This document shows positions 25,904 to 28,608 of a stretch of 28,608 nt of DNA, one piece after another. A program made the translations under genes and the position numbers. The DNA lies in sequence record DRR723986_5073. One strand, given 5' to 3'. Every line of letters starts with the position of its first letter. Position 1 is the stretch's first letter. Below the pieces are notes generated by a model. It was given only the letters and a program-made list of their open reading frames with translations, searched no databases and was not told the DNA's origin.

Positions 25904-26000
25904 TCTTTCTGCCTCCCCGAGCGCCGCGGGTTCCCTGACCTGCAGTCTGCATCTTGTGAGAGGAACCATACCCCGGCGGAAAGGGATGTCGAGCACCATT

Positions 26001-26012
26001 AGACTTTTGTCT
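26001..26012. promoter_or_regulatory. Candidate CrbR/ErdR box in the crbR / porin divergent promoter
   Basis: AGAC-TTTT-GTCT palindrome flanked on both sides by the direct repeat AGCACCA. Confidence 0.62.
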
Positions 26013-26089
26013 TAGCACCAATGGCCAATAGCGGCGTTTCCCAGCCGGAAGGATACTCCCTGAAAATAATAAGGCACGGGAGGAAACTG

Positions 26090-27385
26090 ATGCCACGGAC
26101 AATTAGAGGTTTACTGCTGACGGTGTCTGTTGCGGCCATGGCGCTGGCAGCAAACGCGGAACAGTCGGTCGAGGAGCGGATTGCTGCGCTTGAGGCAATG
26201 GTTGCGGAGCTGAAGGCCGAACTTGCGGCCGAAAAAGCGGACACGGACGCTGACATCGTCAGGATCGAGACCGTGGCCCAGCAGGCCTCGCCTGCAGCCG
26301 CTGCGCCGAAGACGGACGGTTTCCTTGTTGGGGACACGATGCTGAAATTCGGCGGCATTGTCGACCTCGACGTCCACGCAACGTCTCTCAGCGATGGGGG
26401 GATCGCGTCCACGTCAATTGCACGGGACTTCTACATTCCGGGCGCGACGCCGATTGGCGGGGAGGGGACCGATTTCACGGACTTCACAGCCGAGTCTTCG
26501 CGCTTCTTCCTTTCCGCCTCAAAGCCGGTCGGGGAAGACACGGTGCAGGGCTATATCGAGATGGATTTCCTCGGCTCCGGCCAGGGCAATGAACTTGTCT
26601 CCAATTCCTATTCGCCGCGCCTGCGCCGGGCCTTTGTGAAGTACGGCAATTGGCTGGCAGGCCAGGAATGGTCGACCTTCCAGAACACGTCGGCCATTCC
26701 GGAGAGCGCGAGCTTCCTGATCCTGTCTGACGGCATGGTGTTCATCCGCCAGCCCCAGATCCGGTACACCAAAGGCAACTGGATGTTCGCCTTGGAGAAC
26801 CCGAACACGACCACGCTGAACTCCGGCTCAAGGGATGAGAACCTCATTCCGGACGTTGTCGCCCGGTACAATTTCACTGGAGACTACGGCAACGTCTCGA
26901 TCGCGGGTATTGCCCGCCAGCTGCGCGCGGATTTTGGCGCGTCGGAAGATGAAACTTTCGGCTACGGCCTCAGCGTGTCCGGCAAGGTGAAGGCCAGCGA
27001 GCAGGATGACATCCGCTTCAATCTCGTCGGCGGGGAAGGGATCGGGCGCTATGTCGGTCTAGCGGCCAGCCGGTCCGCCGCGCTTGACCCGAATGGCAAG
27101 CTGGAAGCCATTCCCAGTTATGGCGGCCTGATCACTTGGCGCCATACGTTCGGCGAAACCGCCCGTTTCAATGTCGGTTATTCCGGCCTGTTCATCGACA
27201 ATCCAAACTACCTCCCGGCGAACGCGACGACCAAGTCGGCGCAGTCCGCTTATGGTGCAATTCTGTGGGATGTCGCCCCGAAAGTGACCGTCGGTGTGGA
27301 GCTGCTTCACGGCATTCGTGAACTGGAATCCGGCGCGGATGGGTCGATCAGTCGCTTCACCTTCTCCACCAAATATGCATTCTGA
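26090..27385 (+). CDS. DcaP-family outer-membrane porin (431 aa, start MPRTIRG)
   Basis: Signal peptide ending ANA; N-terminal coiled coil [58 protein letters not shown]-terminal KYAF; GGGAGG RBS. Confidence 0.88.
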   Translation: MPRTIRGLLLTVSVAAMALAANAEQSVEERIAALEAMVAELKAELAAEKADTDADIVRIETVAQQASPAAAAPKTDGFLVGDTMLKFGGIVDLDVHATSLSDGGIASTSIARDFYIPGATPIGGEGTDFTDFTAESSRFFLSASKPVGEDTVQGYIEMDFLGSGQGNELVSNSYSPRLRRAFVKYGNWLAGQEWSTFQNTSAIPESASFLILSDGMVFIRQPQIRYTKGNWMFALENPNTTTLNSGSRDENLIPDVVARYNFTGDYGNVSIAGIARQLRADFGASEDETFGYGLSVSGKVKASEQDDIRFNLVGGEGIGRYVGLAASRSAALDPNGKLEAIPSYGGLITWRHTFGETARFNVGYSGLFIDNPNYLPANATTKSAQSAYGAILWDVAPKVTVGVELLHGIRELESGADGSISRFTFSTKYAF

Positions 27386-27423
27386 TATCAGGACGAAAAT
27401 TCATGCCCTACGAGGAAACGACC

Positions 27424-28608
27424 ATGAGCGATCAGGCAAAAATCTACCCCGTTCCCGAGGAATTCGCGGCGAAGGCAAACCTGACGCCCGAAAAGTACCG
27501 GGAAATGTACGAGGCCTCGATCGCCGACCCGGACGCATTCTGGGGTGAGCAGGGCAAGCGGCTGGACTGGATCAAGCCCTACACCAAGGTGAAGGATGTC
27601 TCCTGGGAGACCGGCGACCTGCACATCAAATGGTATGCCGATGGCGAGCTGAACGTCACCGCGAACTGCATCGATCGCCATCTCGCCACGCGCGGCGACA
27701 AGACGGCCTTCATCTGGATCGGTGATGATCCGAACGAGAGCCACAAGGTCAGCTACAAGGAACTGCACGCCGCCGTCTGCCGCTTCGCCAATGTCCTGAA
27801 GAAGCTCGGCGTCAAGAAAGGTGACCGCGTCACCATCTACATGCCGATGATCCTCGAAGCGGCCTATGCGATGTTCGCCTGTGCACGCATCGGCGCGGTC
27901 CACTCGGTCGTGTTCGGCGGCTTCAGCCCGGAAGCGCTCTCCGGCCGGATAACCGATTGCGAGTCCACCGTCCTGATCACCGCCGACGAGGGCGTGCGCG
28001 GCGGCCGCAAGGTGCCGCTGAAGGTGAATGCCGACAAGGCGGCAGACCTTTCCAATGGCATGCTGAAGACGATGCTGGTGATCAAGCGCACCGGCGCCGA
28101 GATCAACATGGTCGAAGGCCGGGACCACTGGCTGCATGAAGCGGCGGAAGACGTTTCGTCCGATTGTCCGCCGGAGCCGATGAACGCCGAAGACCCGCTC
28201 TTCATCCTCTACACGTCCGGTTCCACCGGCAAGCCGAAGGGCGTACTGCACACGACCGGCGGCTATCTCGTCTGGGCCTCGATCACGCATGAGCATGTTT
28301 TCGACCTGAAGGAAGACGATGTCTACTGGTGCTCGGCGGATGTGGGCTGGGTGACCGGCCACTCCTATATCGTGTACGGACCTTTGGCGAACGGCACGAC
28401 GACAGTCATGTTCGAGGGCATCCCGACCTATCCGGATGCGAGCCGCTTCTGGCAGGAATGCGACAAGCATGGCGTCACCATCTTCTACACCGCACCGACA
28501 GCGATCCGCTCGCTGATGCGGGAGGGCGAAGACCCGGTGAATGCGACATCGCGCAAATCCATCCGCCTGCTCGGCACGGTGGGTGAGCCGATCAACCCGG
28601 AAGCCTGG
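27424..28608 (+). CDS. acs: Acetyl-CoA synthetase (5' part; runs off the window)
   Basis: Not in the ORF track. Hand translation [20 protein letters not shown]...NCIDRHL...[17 protein letters not shown]...[26 protein letters not shown]...[17 protein letters not shown]...[12 protein letters not shown]...[19 protein letters not shown]. Confidence 0.97.
   Translation, partial: MSDQAKIYPVPEEFAAKANLTPEKYREMYEASIADPDAFWGEQGKRLDWIKPYTKVKDVSWETGDLHIKWYADGELNVTANCIDRHLATRGDKTAFIWIGDDPNESHKVSYKELHAAVCRFANVLKKLGVKKGDRVTIYMPMILEAAYAMFACARIGAVHSVVFGGFSPEALSGRITDCESTVLITADEGVRGGRKVPLKVNADKAADLSNGMLKTMLVIKRTGAEINMVEGRDHWLHEAAEDVSSDCPPEPMNAEDPLFILYTSGSTGKPKGVLHTTGGYLVWASITHEHVFDLKEDDVYWCSADVGWVTGHSYIVYGPLANGTTTVMFEGIPTYPDASRFWQECDKHGVTIFYTAPTAIRSLMREGEDPVNATSRKSIRLLGTVGEPINPEAW

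Noticed and set aside
25937-25947. GAC-ctgca-GTC as an additional CrbR box
   Set aside because: Spacer is 5 nt rather than 4 and is GC-rich, unlike the other candidates
27388-28470. 360-aa minus-strand ORF
   Set aside because: Shadow of acs, which the ORF track missed because it has no stop within the window

Overview
GC-rich alphaproteobacterial chromosome segment. Gene order and protein style suggest a Hyphomonas/Caulobacterales-like organism (inference). From left to right: a 5'-partial GAF-domain signalling gene missing from the ORF track; a translationally coupled lipid A operon (DUF374-waaA-lpxK-lpxL) downstream of tRNA-Val(CAC); an AT-rich intergenic region with two sets of tandem palindromes ahead of an 80-aa hypothetical gene; gph divergent from glmU-rpiA-gor; an orphan TIR-like/ParA ATPase fusion between gor and a class II DAHP synthase; a MATE transporter; HU; a predicted RNase H-fold protein; an NADP-dependent oxidoreductase; a GnnA-like Gfo/Idh/MocA dehydrogenase; pth and rplY; and an acetate-utilisation locus (64-aa membrane protein, DUF4212 plus SSS symporter, CrbS/MxtR-like transporter-kinase, CrbR/ErdR-like regulator, DcaP-like porin, partial acs). 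The best candidates for undescribed biology are the TIR-ParA fusion, whose TIR catalytic Glu appears replaced by Asp; the operator-rich leader and small protein at 4815-5428; and GAC-N4-GTC boxes suggesting a CrbR regulon that includes an unannotated small membrane protein. No mobile elements or CRISPR arrays were seen. All family assignments are by eye from motifs; no searches were run.
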